The notes beneath the pieces are model-generated. The model saw only the letters and a program-made list of their open reading frames with translations, was not told the origin of the DNA and did not search any database. A DNA stretch of 64,000 bases from Podarcis vaucheri. Lineage: Eukaryota. The stretch is from the NCBI GenBank assembly GCA_965113315.1, contig OZ220376.1; one strand, 5' to 3'. Position 1 is the first letter of the stretch; each line of letters opens with the position of its first letter. Positions 21,657 to 33,000 of this stretch are shown here, in pieces. Made by a program: the position numbers and the translations under genes.

Positions 21657-23738
21657 TCATGCACTTTACAAGGAGCGAGTGTAACGAAACTTTTCTTTAA
21701 AACATCCACACATATCAGTAATATATTTGTTCCAGAAGTGACACATCCACCTGAAAACGAACTAGAGATGCCTCGAAAGGGACTCCTCTAAGAAATCTTT
21801 CATTTTGTTCTGCTCACAGCCAGGCCAAAAGTACAGAGGTGGGGAAGGGTGCAATGCCAGGTGTCAAACTGCTGCAAAAAGTACTCTTCAAAGATAAAGA
21901 ACTGGTGCAAAAAAGAACTATTGCTAATCCACTGTCTGGAAGATTGTACTTTTTTTTATTTTAAAAAAATGATGTCACTGCTTCCCCCACCCTGGCAGAA
22001 AGCAAACAGGTGGGGTGTGGGGGGGAGGCACAGGGAGAGCCTAATTTCAAACCAGCCTCTCCTCATCAGTGTTTTAAAGAGTCAACCTTTCCAGAGCACA
22101 GAGGAAGGCAGCGTGATGATCTCACCTCTCCTGTTGGTTGGTCTACCTGGGAAGTTTTAATGTAGGAAGAACCCTCCTGGATCAGACCAAAAGGCAACCA
22201 AGTGCCCTTCCTGGGAAGCCCACTCATACTGCTGTATTCAAAAGCACAGGAGTGCCTCTGCTCATGGATGCACTACACAGCCCCCCTGACTACTAGTAGC
22301 AATAATTCTAGGTTTGTAGTTAAGTTTTAAAAAGTAAAGCATGCATCAAGTATTCGGATTTGCTTCCTGTCCAGGTGCACAGAAAATCTAGTCCTTTGTA
22401 AGCACAGTGAAAACGCTGCCTTTGATAAACTTGGCCCCAAGCAATGATCTGTTTTCTACCCTATGGAAGGACAGAAAACACACTTTTCCACACATGACAA
22501 TTCAGTCTTGTAAATGATGGAATGTTCACAAGCAAATGCATCTTCTTGATTAGGGCCCCACTGAAATGCAAGCAAACTTTCATTAACTTGCATTCAAGTT
22601 CTGTGGAAAGGCCAGCCCTTGACATTCCTACTGCATGACAATTACAGCCAGGTAGCCCTTTCAGCCCTCATTTTTGGAGCAAGTTGTCACAAAGCTTGAG
22701 GCACCCATGTTTCCCTAAGTAAATGCATTACCAACATCTTAAACGGCAGCTCTAAAGCAGGATTCAGAGATGGCCAAGATAGTGAAGGAGAAATGAATAA
22801 GCAAAGAACCACTTCCAGGCTTGTTTCAAATCCATTTTCTGTTTGCAAGCAGGTAAAGTAGCCCAGGCTGTGAAAAATATCTCAGTTCAGCAACAGCACT
22901 AAAAATGGAATTTGAAGGAAGGTCCAAGAAGTAGACAAAGACTGAACTTGGACTACAGCCTTTCAAAGGAACTCCATTTCTCCTTGAATTGAGGTGTTAA
23001 CTCACATGCAGGGAACTATTGGTTTTAAGCCAGAGGGAGCCCATGCATCTCTTTCTAATGCCATACCAATCCTACCCTTTGACGGTGACTGATTTTGGCT
23101 GTCTGCAAGGGAACCCCTACACACAAGTAGCAATTGCACAGAATGCCTGATGGTGTGGATGTCCTATGTGTGAGCATAGTTTGGCCCTAGTTCTATATCA
23201 GTGCGCAAGATCATTTGCTCCAGAGACCAGCATACTAGCAGAAAGAACCTTGCAATGAAACAGAGGCAACAGCTGCCACTCCTGGGGTAGGAGAGCATGT
23301 GAATGTTTGGCAACACTCAACTTTGTTAAGTGGCAGCTCTGACAGTGAGAAAGGAGTGTTCTCTCTCCCACCCTCTACAAGGACACAGCAGGCCTTGGGC
23401 CGATCTCTCCTCTTGCGACAAAAGCAATTTTCTCTACTCATTCTACCCACCTTTTACTAAAATATGTGAGAGTCAGGGAATGGCCGCATGCGGGTGTCAG
23501 GCCATGGTTGTATGTGTGCCTCTAAACTTATCTTTCTTGCAGGGGAAAGTGTCTGAGATGGGACATATTTTTTCCAGACTAAATGACAGCTTATGGCAGC
23601 AAGGGATGGGACAGACAAGACAGAAAGTTGCATGGCTAAATGAGCACAGATGTAACTGAAGCATCTATTTCTTTTGTTGTCAGGCATCATTGCAGGGCCT
23701 CTTGTGCCTTGAGAGTCAATTATCTCTTGGGGGGGGCA

Positions 23739-23989
23739 GAAGAAGAAGAAGAAGAGTTTGGATTTGATATCCCGCCTTTCACTCCCCTTCAGGAGTCTCA
23801 AAGCGGCTAACAATCTCCTTTCCCTTCCTTCCCCACAACAAACACTCTGTGAGATGAGTGGGGCTGAGAGACTTCAAAGAAGTGTGACTGGCCCAAGGTC
23901 ACCCAGCAGCTGCATGTGGAGGAGCGGAGAAGCGAAGCCGGTTCCCCAGATTACAAGACTACCGCTCTTAACCACTACACCACACTGGC
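23739..23989 (-). mobile_element. tRNA-derived CORE-type squamate SINE (Squam3-like)
   Basis: Minus-strand head GCCAGTGTGGTGTAGTGGTTAAGAGCGG (A box), CORE-like GCTGGGTGACCTTGGGCCAGTCAC, and a (CTT)n tail. Confidence 0.85.
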
Positions 23990-26900
23990 AGGCCTTCAAG
24001 CCCCTTGTTTACATGAGAAACTTCACATTTGCTCTCCCCACCCCCTTTTTAAATAAATAATTGACATTTCTTTTTAAAAAACTGAGTAAAATGAAGGCAA
24101 AGCTGAGTCTAAACTACAGCTGAGCAGTGCAACAAAAGTTGTCTGTGTCCACTTTAGTATTTCAGAGTCCAGAGACAGGAGGGCCCCACAGGCAATGGGA
24201 AAGTTTGCCTTTTTAAGCTGCTGAAATCTATCCAGTTCTCCAAGGGGGGGATGTAATTTGCATAATGCATAGACACTAACCCACTGAAGTGAGGAAAGTG
24301 GCAAGTGGCTGAAAGGAGCACCTGTTCTCTCCCCTTAAAGAACGTTAGCAAAGAAGCAGAAGGCACCTGGGTAGCCCTTTACCTGCTGTCCTCTACACTT
24401 CATGGTATAGGGTTTTTGGTACAATCTAAAGTTTGTACCAAAGAAAGTGATCTTCTGCAGTGCCAATTTAAATACTTCCCCTAATTTTTAAAAGATACCT
24501 GGCTTCCAAGTTTCAGGAGCCTACAGACAAGTAACAAAGGGAAAAGGAGAGAATAAAAGGCCTGAGGTGGCAGTTCTGGGAGACAGAAGTAGAGCCACAA
24601 AGGATAGGAAAGCCCAGTCTGGCACCCACTTGCTTTCTGAGCTCTCCTCACACTGCCTACATTACCCATCATGAGGGCAAGAAACCTGTATTTTTTCTTA
24701 AGCCAACAATGGAAGCTGAGGTTCTCAACATGCTAAGCTTTATACCACAGACCACATTCCACAATCAAGAAGAATACAAAAGGATTCCACACTTGCAAGG
24801 TTAAATCCTAGGATGCAACTTAAATTTCATACTGTTCAACATGCTAAAACTTTTTCTGCGTTCAGTAAGAAGCCAAACCAATGCAGAGAGAAAACCTTGC
24901 CTGCAGCCAAAATCATCACCCTGACAGATGCTGGCTTCAGCCCCTTCCAAAGTGTCTCCTGACGCTTTCTGGCTTTAAAGTCAGAGGGGGAACAGGAGGA
25001 ACATCAAAAATCCCCTCCTCCAAGGACATAAGGGGAAGTGGCAGCAAGGTGGGAAATCCCACCCCAAAGCAGCAAACACGTTCACTGGCCACTTGATGGA
25101 CAGAGTGGCTGCTTCTGTGCTCCACCTCCTTCCACTCACCATGTTGCTGCTGCCTCCTCTCAAGCCTGAAATTTGTGTCAGTCAAATCCTTTGCTACTTT
25201 ACAGCAAAAAACATTCAAAGGCAGTTTCTGGACAGGCATGTGCACCACCTTTAAGGAAAGGCTGTTTGGAGATGGAGGCCTTTCAAGTCAGTCACTCAGG
25301 CTGCCCTGGCAGAATGCGTCACAGTAACGGTGGGGCCTGAAGGAGAACAAGGCCTGTTCAGCCAATTCAAGAGCCATCTTTGCATCTGCATATATGTGTG
25401 CGTGCACACACACACAAATGCACACGCAGACACACTCGCAGTAACATTTCTTTCTACGTAAACGAAATGTGATCTCTTAGCACATTGGCGTTCACTTTAC
25501 GGTAATCAAACACAGATGCCTAAAAAAGTATAAAAGTAGAAACATTTCACCCTTCAGAAGAATTACATTTTAGTAAATTCATTTCAATGCTAATATCTTA
25601 AAAAAGACAAACGGATTACTCAATGTTGAGGAGGGCCTTGCAACTTTCTGTGCAGACCAGTCTCCATGGCAAAAGACAAATGGCCCACTTGCTGATCTAC
25701 TGGGCAGAAAAGGTTTGCCAAAAACCAGATCAAAAATGCAGGCAGACAAGGGATGCTTCAAGATTGTGAGGACTCCACGCATCTGAATGGAAAAGGAAGG
25801 GGTGTGTATACACACAGCTTCTGTGAGTTGCTTAATGAAAGTTAAAATATAGGTAGCATGTTAAGAGAGCCTCAGACAAGCAAGGGCTCCTCTCTGTGCT
25901 CTATGAAGCAGAGAGATCTGTATATACTCCTTTAAACCTATTTTCAAAAGACATGCTAATGGTTTCATTTAAACACAGTACACTAAAAAGCTCCAGTTGT
26001 GTTTCTTCACATTTACCACAAGCCTCTCTCAATGAAACCACAAGTGTTATTGACAGTACTTGCCAAACATCAGAAGGAACTGCATAGATAAGAGAATGTA
26101 GAAATGACTGTAAACATCTGTTAAAGAATCACAATAATTCCTGCCTTCAGCTGCACAAACTCTGATGCTTTTGAGCACAGAGATTCTCATTCCCAGCCTT
26201 CATGATGGAGCACCCATGAAGACTCAACCCCCATGTCTACCTTCAGTGCTGTGAGTCCACGGGGGTAGCAATACTTGCAGGCATTTCTAAAAACGAAGAA
26301 CGCAACTTTGGTGTGTGTGTGTGTTTTTGTGTGTGCACACATGTGTGCAAGGCAAGGTATTTGCCGTATTATTTTTGTTTAACTGGGGCTTCAATCCTAA
26401 AGTGTAGCTAAAATTGGAGGTTAACCTTTGCAGGAGCAAGTTACCTGGAGAGGAAGGCTTCCCTAGAGATGTGGGCAAAATAAGACCTTCTTCCCAAGAA
26501 GAGAATACCCTCTGGGTACTGAAGTAAGCAGGGTCAGGAGGGGGATGAAGATGCACCCCTCCCTTAGTCTGGGCTAGTGCATTCTTACAATAGATCCCCA
26601 AGGAATGTACAGCAGCCGCCACAGTCAACTGGAGCTGCTTAAGGATGTGTGCCCACATGTGGGCTGTAATTTATTCATAGCACCAAGTATGTTGACCTTG
26701 AACTGCCTACAATTATTAAAACCCAAATTGTTTCCCTACAAACAGCAAAGCATCGCTATATCTCTTCGGAAGGAAAGCATAGAGTGAAGTCAAATCTTCT
26801 TTCCATGGGATTAAGATCAGCACAACCAGGCACCAGAGCCAACACAACCCCTCTTGCTGCTGAAGGCAGGCATCTGCAAGCAGCCAGCTCCAGCTGCAGC

Positions 26901-27026
26901 ACCACCTTCAGGGTTCAAAATCCAGAACTACAGAAATGGTCTGAACAAGCGACATCCTCTTGGTGCCAAGCCTCTTCGTGTGGCAATGCAAAGGAAAACT
27001 TGTCAGCATTCAATACTGGGGCACAG

Positions 27027-30000
27027 TTACATCCTTGAACCTCGCTCCTGCAAGATCTGGAAGGAAACAAACAACAAGTGGTGAGATTCTGCATGGTAAG
27101 GTTCTCCAGCAAGACTCACACAGTGGAAAGACTCCGGTATTCTTGAAGGCAAAACCTTAAAACAGGCAAACAAGCTGATTTTGTTCTCTGACGCAAGACA
27201 CCTTGGCACATGATGGTGAACTAGCCAGTCAGCTGCTACTCAAAACATAGGAAGTTAATTAAGGGAACTGCCAACAGGCCAGACTCACCCATTCCCTACA
27301 AAACTAGCTAGGCTGTACAGCTAGGCCAGTGTATGTGAGTGGTCCAGCTCCCAGTTTGAAAAGAACAGTTGTGGATTAAAAAATGGGCCATTTATGCGAT
27401 CAACAGCTCGCTTTGCTGATTATGTTCTCACTAAGCATTAGTGGTAAGAAGTGTTTGAGAGTAGAATGGACTCCATCGGAAGGTGTGGGCTCTTCTTCCT
27501 TGGAGGTTTTCAAGCAGAGGTTGGATGGCCATCTGTCAGGGATTCTTCAGCTATGATTCCTGCATTGCAAGGAGTTGGACTAAATGACCCTTGGAGATCC
27601 ATTTCCAACTCTACAATTCTATGACTCTATAGCATTTATTAGTATGACATATGCAATCTGCAAGTAGGGGTGCAGCCACTGGAAATCCCCCTCCCCTCCT
27701 AAAGGTTAATTCAAATGAACAACAGTTGTAGATCACAACCTGAGGCTGCAGAACCATGCCTGCCTGGGTTCCTTGCTCCAGTTTTGATGCCCTCCCTTTA
27801 GTGCTTATTTTACTGCTTTTCAAGCAATGAGGATGTCTTCAGTAGCGAGTGTGCTAGATTTAAAGTTACTAATACAGTACAGCCTGTCTGCCTTTTCCAA
27901 AGAAAGATGTACAAATACCCCACTTTCTGGTGTGTCCAGTCATCAATCTTAGTTTGCGTATATACAATACTGAAGGGTTATGCACTTTAATTGGGAGGGG
28001 GTACACTTCACTCTCCTCTTTGAGGCAGAAATGTGTAACACATTTTTAGACAATTGTAAGGTCCCTCTATCAAATTTTCAGCAATTGGGATCTAGTTACT
28101 GAGATTTAATAATTCCATAGTATAACTTAACATTCTGAAGGAACGATATGTAAATATCTTGGCTTCGTGGATTTTTCCAGCAATTAAGTATCTTGCCCTG
28201 TATCAGGGTTGGAGAACCCTTTTGGCTGCCTCCTCCCTGCCTGGAACCTGGGTGGTGATGACATCAACTACCAGAAGAAACCACCATAAAACTCCAAGTC
28301 ACTTTGGAGACACCTTGGCCAAGAACAGGAAATAAAGGTGTTGCAGTGGCAGGCTGTGCACTCTGACACTTCACAGGTGGCCTCGGTTGCCCACAAGCTG
28401 CTGCCTTCCTCCTCGCCTGGGGATGTGCAGTACAGATCAGAGGTACTTTTCAGCCCTCAACTGAAGGACCTGGGAAGGGCACTCAAAGAGCCACATTCCA
28501 GGCCACTATTTGTGTTGCTTGAGGAGGACAAGGACTAAGGAGAACTCAGTGCAGTGGCTCTGCCAGAGAATCAAGGAGCCTCACTCCTTGGCTTCACCAA
28601 GCAAGGATAAGATAGTTCAAATAATAACATGAATCATCATTATTTTTAAAGACCCTTATCTGCTTAATAGCACTGGCATGTTGGGAACCCAAAGCATCTC
28701 AGGGCAAAATATCCCTTGTAGCCAACACAGTGTGTGTTGATGTTTCAGCACTGCGTCATTTGGCCAGCAACACCTGCAGTTTCCACTATGCCTCTTCCTC
28801 ATCCAAAGAATTTCCAGGGACCTTCTCTGTAAAATCCTCACCTGTTTCTCCTCTTTGCATCAGCACTGATGAAAATGGATAGTGTTGGCCTTGAACAGGG
28901 ACAAATCCCCACTCAGGGCAAGCAGGGAAAAACACAACATGCCTTGCTTTTACTAGATTGTCGCTAGGGAAATAAGAGTCAACAACACATCAGCTGCATT
29001 AAAAACAACTCAGGACCTTGATTGTGGAATCCACTAAGTAGCTCAAGGCCAGTCCCTCACACAGTAATGCAGGGCTTTATATACTTGGAGGAGGGGCACA
29101 CTACGGGTGTGTGAAGCACAGGCAATTTCCAGCCCATCCCAGTGCTGCTTTCAGGTACAGCCGCCATTGGAAAAGTTCACACCTCCTGACTCAGACTCCT
29201 GGCACCCTTCTCCCCACCTCTTTCTCCTTTCATCATGGCAACACAGGGAAGGTGTACACACTTGTAGTCTGCTCACTCAGCAAAAGAACCAGACCAACTT
29301 TCTACTACAGCTCTGGCAGCCATGGTGACAATCCTTCTGCTCTTTTTGAATCGTTAGGCTCCTCTTGAATCGTTCACTCCTCTTGGAATGAACCTACTGG
29401 ATCTAGTCCACTATCCTGTTATTACAGTGGTCAACCACTGTGAAGCTCACAAGCAGAATATCGGTGCAACAGGTGCACCATCTGCCCACTTACACTCCCC
29501 AACAACTGCCTCCAATACTGGTTATGGGCCTCATAGCTATCTACAGTCTCCTCCTCCTCCATAAATCTGTCTAATCCTCTTTCAAAGCCATCATCTTGCA
29601 GGAGTGTGCACTGTGTTAGGAAGCACTTCCTTTTCTCTATCCCAAATCTTCCAGCATGCAGCTTCCTTGATGACCCCTCTGAATTCTAGTATTAGGAGGG
29701 AGAAAGAAACTCTATCCACTTTCTCCACAAACACAGAGTTCTTTCCAATTTGTTTCCCCTGCTCTCATAGCAGATGTGAAGTCTGCATCCAAACTCAAAG
29801 AGAAAGCAATTGTAGACATCTGATTGAAGACAATGTTTCACGGCATGCAATCCGGAATTCCTGAAGGCGTACTAGTTAAAAAAAGAAAAGAGCAAGCAAC
29901 CCAAAGTCTGTGGCCATCATAGGAAGGCAACCTGGCTCAGACCTTTTGGCCCCTACCTTCCCCTGGTTTTCTAAAGTGCAAAGCAGATGGGTTCCCTGGT

Positions 30001-33000
30001 GGAGTCTTGCTTTCCTCCCTGTGAGAAGAGCCACAAAAACACATTTCCTCTGAAGAGGACCAACAGCAGCAGGAAGTAAAGGAGCCAACACACAAGTGGA
30101 CCACTAGGCAGTCTAGGGGCCTACGGCTACCCGGCAACGGGGTCAAGGCAGCAACTACAAACACAAAACAAGATGCACCAGTGGGAGAGGCCAGAGGGAG
30201 GACAGGCAGGTGGGTGAAGTCCTAGTGCTCACCATGGCATTCACACTTAATCTGAGTCATTCATATCGTAATCCGTCTCTTCGTCTTCACTCTGAGTTTC
30301 ATGAAGCAAGTGCAAAGAGCAGGAAGGAAAGGAAAAGAAAAGAGTGCAAGGTGAGTAAATACAAACGTCCCCAGGCTGCCTGAGAGAGGATTCAAGGCTT
30401 CTGCTTGGTGATCTTTGGACAACTGGCCCATTCACTTCAATAGCTGCCCTACACAAGGAGATCCAGGAAAGAGATCCGGAAAAGTCTGGCCTGGATTTGT
30501 CTTAGCAAGAGACTTCTGGCCAAGCCAGCCCCTGAATTGTGAAGGGTGACCCAGAAGAATGTTCTGTGAGTTGATCCCAGAAGCAATCCAACAGCGCAGC
30601 CAGCCAGCCAGTCAATCGTTGGAAGAGCAGCTACAACGCAAGGAAAAAGCCACCACAGTGTGAAGAGGGCAAACCACCACTGAAAACAGCTGTCAAGCTG
30701 CCAAGCAGCAGCAAAACACCCATATCCAGTGTCAACGACCCTCTGGCACAGCAAGGGACATGACGCAGAGGGCTGCAATAGGTGGGTGTGTTGAAAACAG
30801 AGTGTCTCACCTTGCACTAGAGTAAGTCACTAGTTACCATCCCATAGGTTTCACATCCAGAAGAGGCAAATAGTTTACGGTCAAATCCCACCTTTTGGTG
30901 GCTAAACATTACTAGCCTGGAAACACTGGAAATTGAACTTTCGTCCACAGACCAAAAACAGTATTTCTAATTTATGTGCTTTCATGTGAAAGCAGTTTAG
31001 TAACTTTCAGAGTGTCTGGCTCAGATGCTGTAATTCCATATTCCCTCTTCCTTTTGTCTAACTTCCCCCAACCAACTTTTTTTGGTTAATCAAGATTTAA
31101 TTGGGCATGGGAGCCCGAGCTGTTTTTTTGTTGATATATTTAAAAGCAAACTCTTAAAGATGTGCATAAGAGCTACCTCTCTCTTCAAAAGAACTGTCCC
31201 TTTGCCCTGTGTCCCAGCCACCATCACCCCACCCCCATACAACCTTTCCTGATAAACATCCAAACAGTTTCTTAGCTGGTTAGCAGCTGCTCTGCAGGGT
31301 GTGAGCTGGAGAGCACTCATGCCTGCAAGGACACCTGGATTCCACCTCGTGTGCCAGAGGTCTTGTTGAACTATGACTGGAAGTCATAGTGAAGATGCAA
31401 GAAGCTGGGCTTCCTTGTGTCTGCGGGCTCTGCCCTGCACCTTTACTAATTCACCCAACTCCAACATCATCTTCCTCCTTCTCAACAGGCACAAATCCCA
31501 GCATGGCCACTTCTCTCTAGCATGCAAATGCCACACAATGCAAGAGTGCCAGATGAACACAAAAGACCTTGCTTCTATCTGTGCCCTCTTCATTAATTCA
31601 GGAGTTCATGCAAGGATCTTGAAGCTTAGATCTTTCTGAACATCACTATAGCATCTGGCACATCATTTGCACCTTCAGAAACAATCACTCTACAATCTGG
31701 CTGGCTGTTTACAAAGCCAAAGGCCAAGGGAAAGCATAAGGTAGAGAGTGAAATAGGACAGTGAGACAGAAATCACACATTTGCTTCCAAGCTGCCTGGC
31801 ACACTGTTTGCCAGCTTCTTGGACAGCAGCAGCAGCAGCTTCATTTAAAAAGGTGCAGATGGATGGAAGATGAAGGGCCCAGCACAGAGAGGATCTCCCA
31901 GGGAGGGAGGCTGGGGGAAGAGGGGGAAGCTCCCATGTAAGAGCTGGGAGGGTTCACCCGTTTGTGTGTGGAATAAAGGTCAAGATATAATTATGATAGA
32001 GAACCTTTCTTCTTCTTCTTCTCCTCCTCATCTCTTTCTACTTCTTTATTGTCTTCTTTTGTGTGCCTATTTATCTTCTTTTGATTAGTTTCCTTTCATT
32101 GTATTTTATGTTGAAAACTCAATGAAAAATGTGCAGAGAGGGCTGGCATTAACTTATGCCCATGGCACAACTGTGTTAATTAACAATTATGCAAGGATGG
32201 TATGACACCAGAACCTTGGTTCATCTCAGTCGACTGTAGCCTGGCATAGGCCTGATGAATCTTAGGACATATGCCCCTTTGCCTTTCTCTCCCACACCCC
32301 CCGGAATTCTGACCCTTTTGTCTCTACTGGATGCCCCATGACATGAATGCAGACATCCTGATTTTAACCGCAGCAGAGCAGCCAGACAATAACACTGGCA
32401 ACCAAGGGCAGGGCCTCTAATTATAGTCTTGTTGGCAGAGTGCTTTCTCAGGCCAGAGGGAAATTTCTCGCCATGATTTATGGAAAAGCTAGGAGTAGAT
32501 CAAGGGATTGTTTAACTCAGGGGGGCTAAGACAGCCAGAATTGGGTTCCACGTTGGCCCCAGGACAGGAGATGTTAGTCACACACCGGACTCTCACCACT
32601 TGCTCAAAAGTAAGAATATCATTGACATTATTAATCAAGTTTCACTAAAAGTGTATTTCAGTAGCGAGTCTTTGAATTGTGTAGGTGGGGGGAATTCCTC
32701 AGAGCTCCACTTTGCCTCTTTCACCCTGCACTCACAAGGAAAGCTTTTGCTGGATTTAAGGCCATGAAACTTTGGGTACCTCAAGTTGGAAACTGGAGAG
32801 AAAGAGAACCTTGAAGTCATGGGATTCCCTACCTTTCCTTCTCCCAACACAGGGCACCTTAAATTCTCCAGCTTAGAGTTATGGGTGTGTTAGAATCATA
32901 ATCAAAAGCACCTGCAAGTCTATATACCATATTTGCCCAAATATAAGCTGCACCCAAATATAAGATGCACCTTTAAAACTGGAGGGGGAAAAAGAAAATA

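Noticed and set aside
30811-30816. 6-nt microexon TGCAAG between TAG and GTGAGA (minus strand)
   Set aside because: Poor pyrimidine tract and nearby upstream AGs; too likely to be chance without reads.
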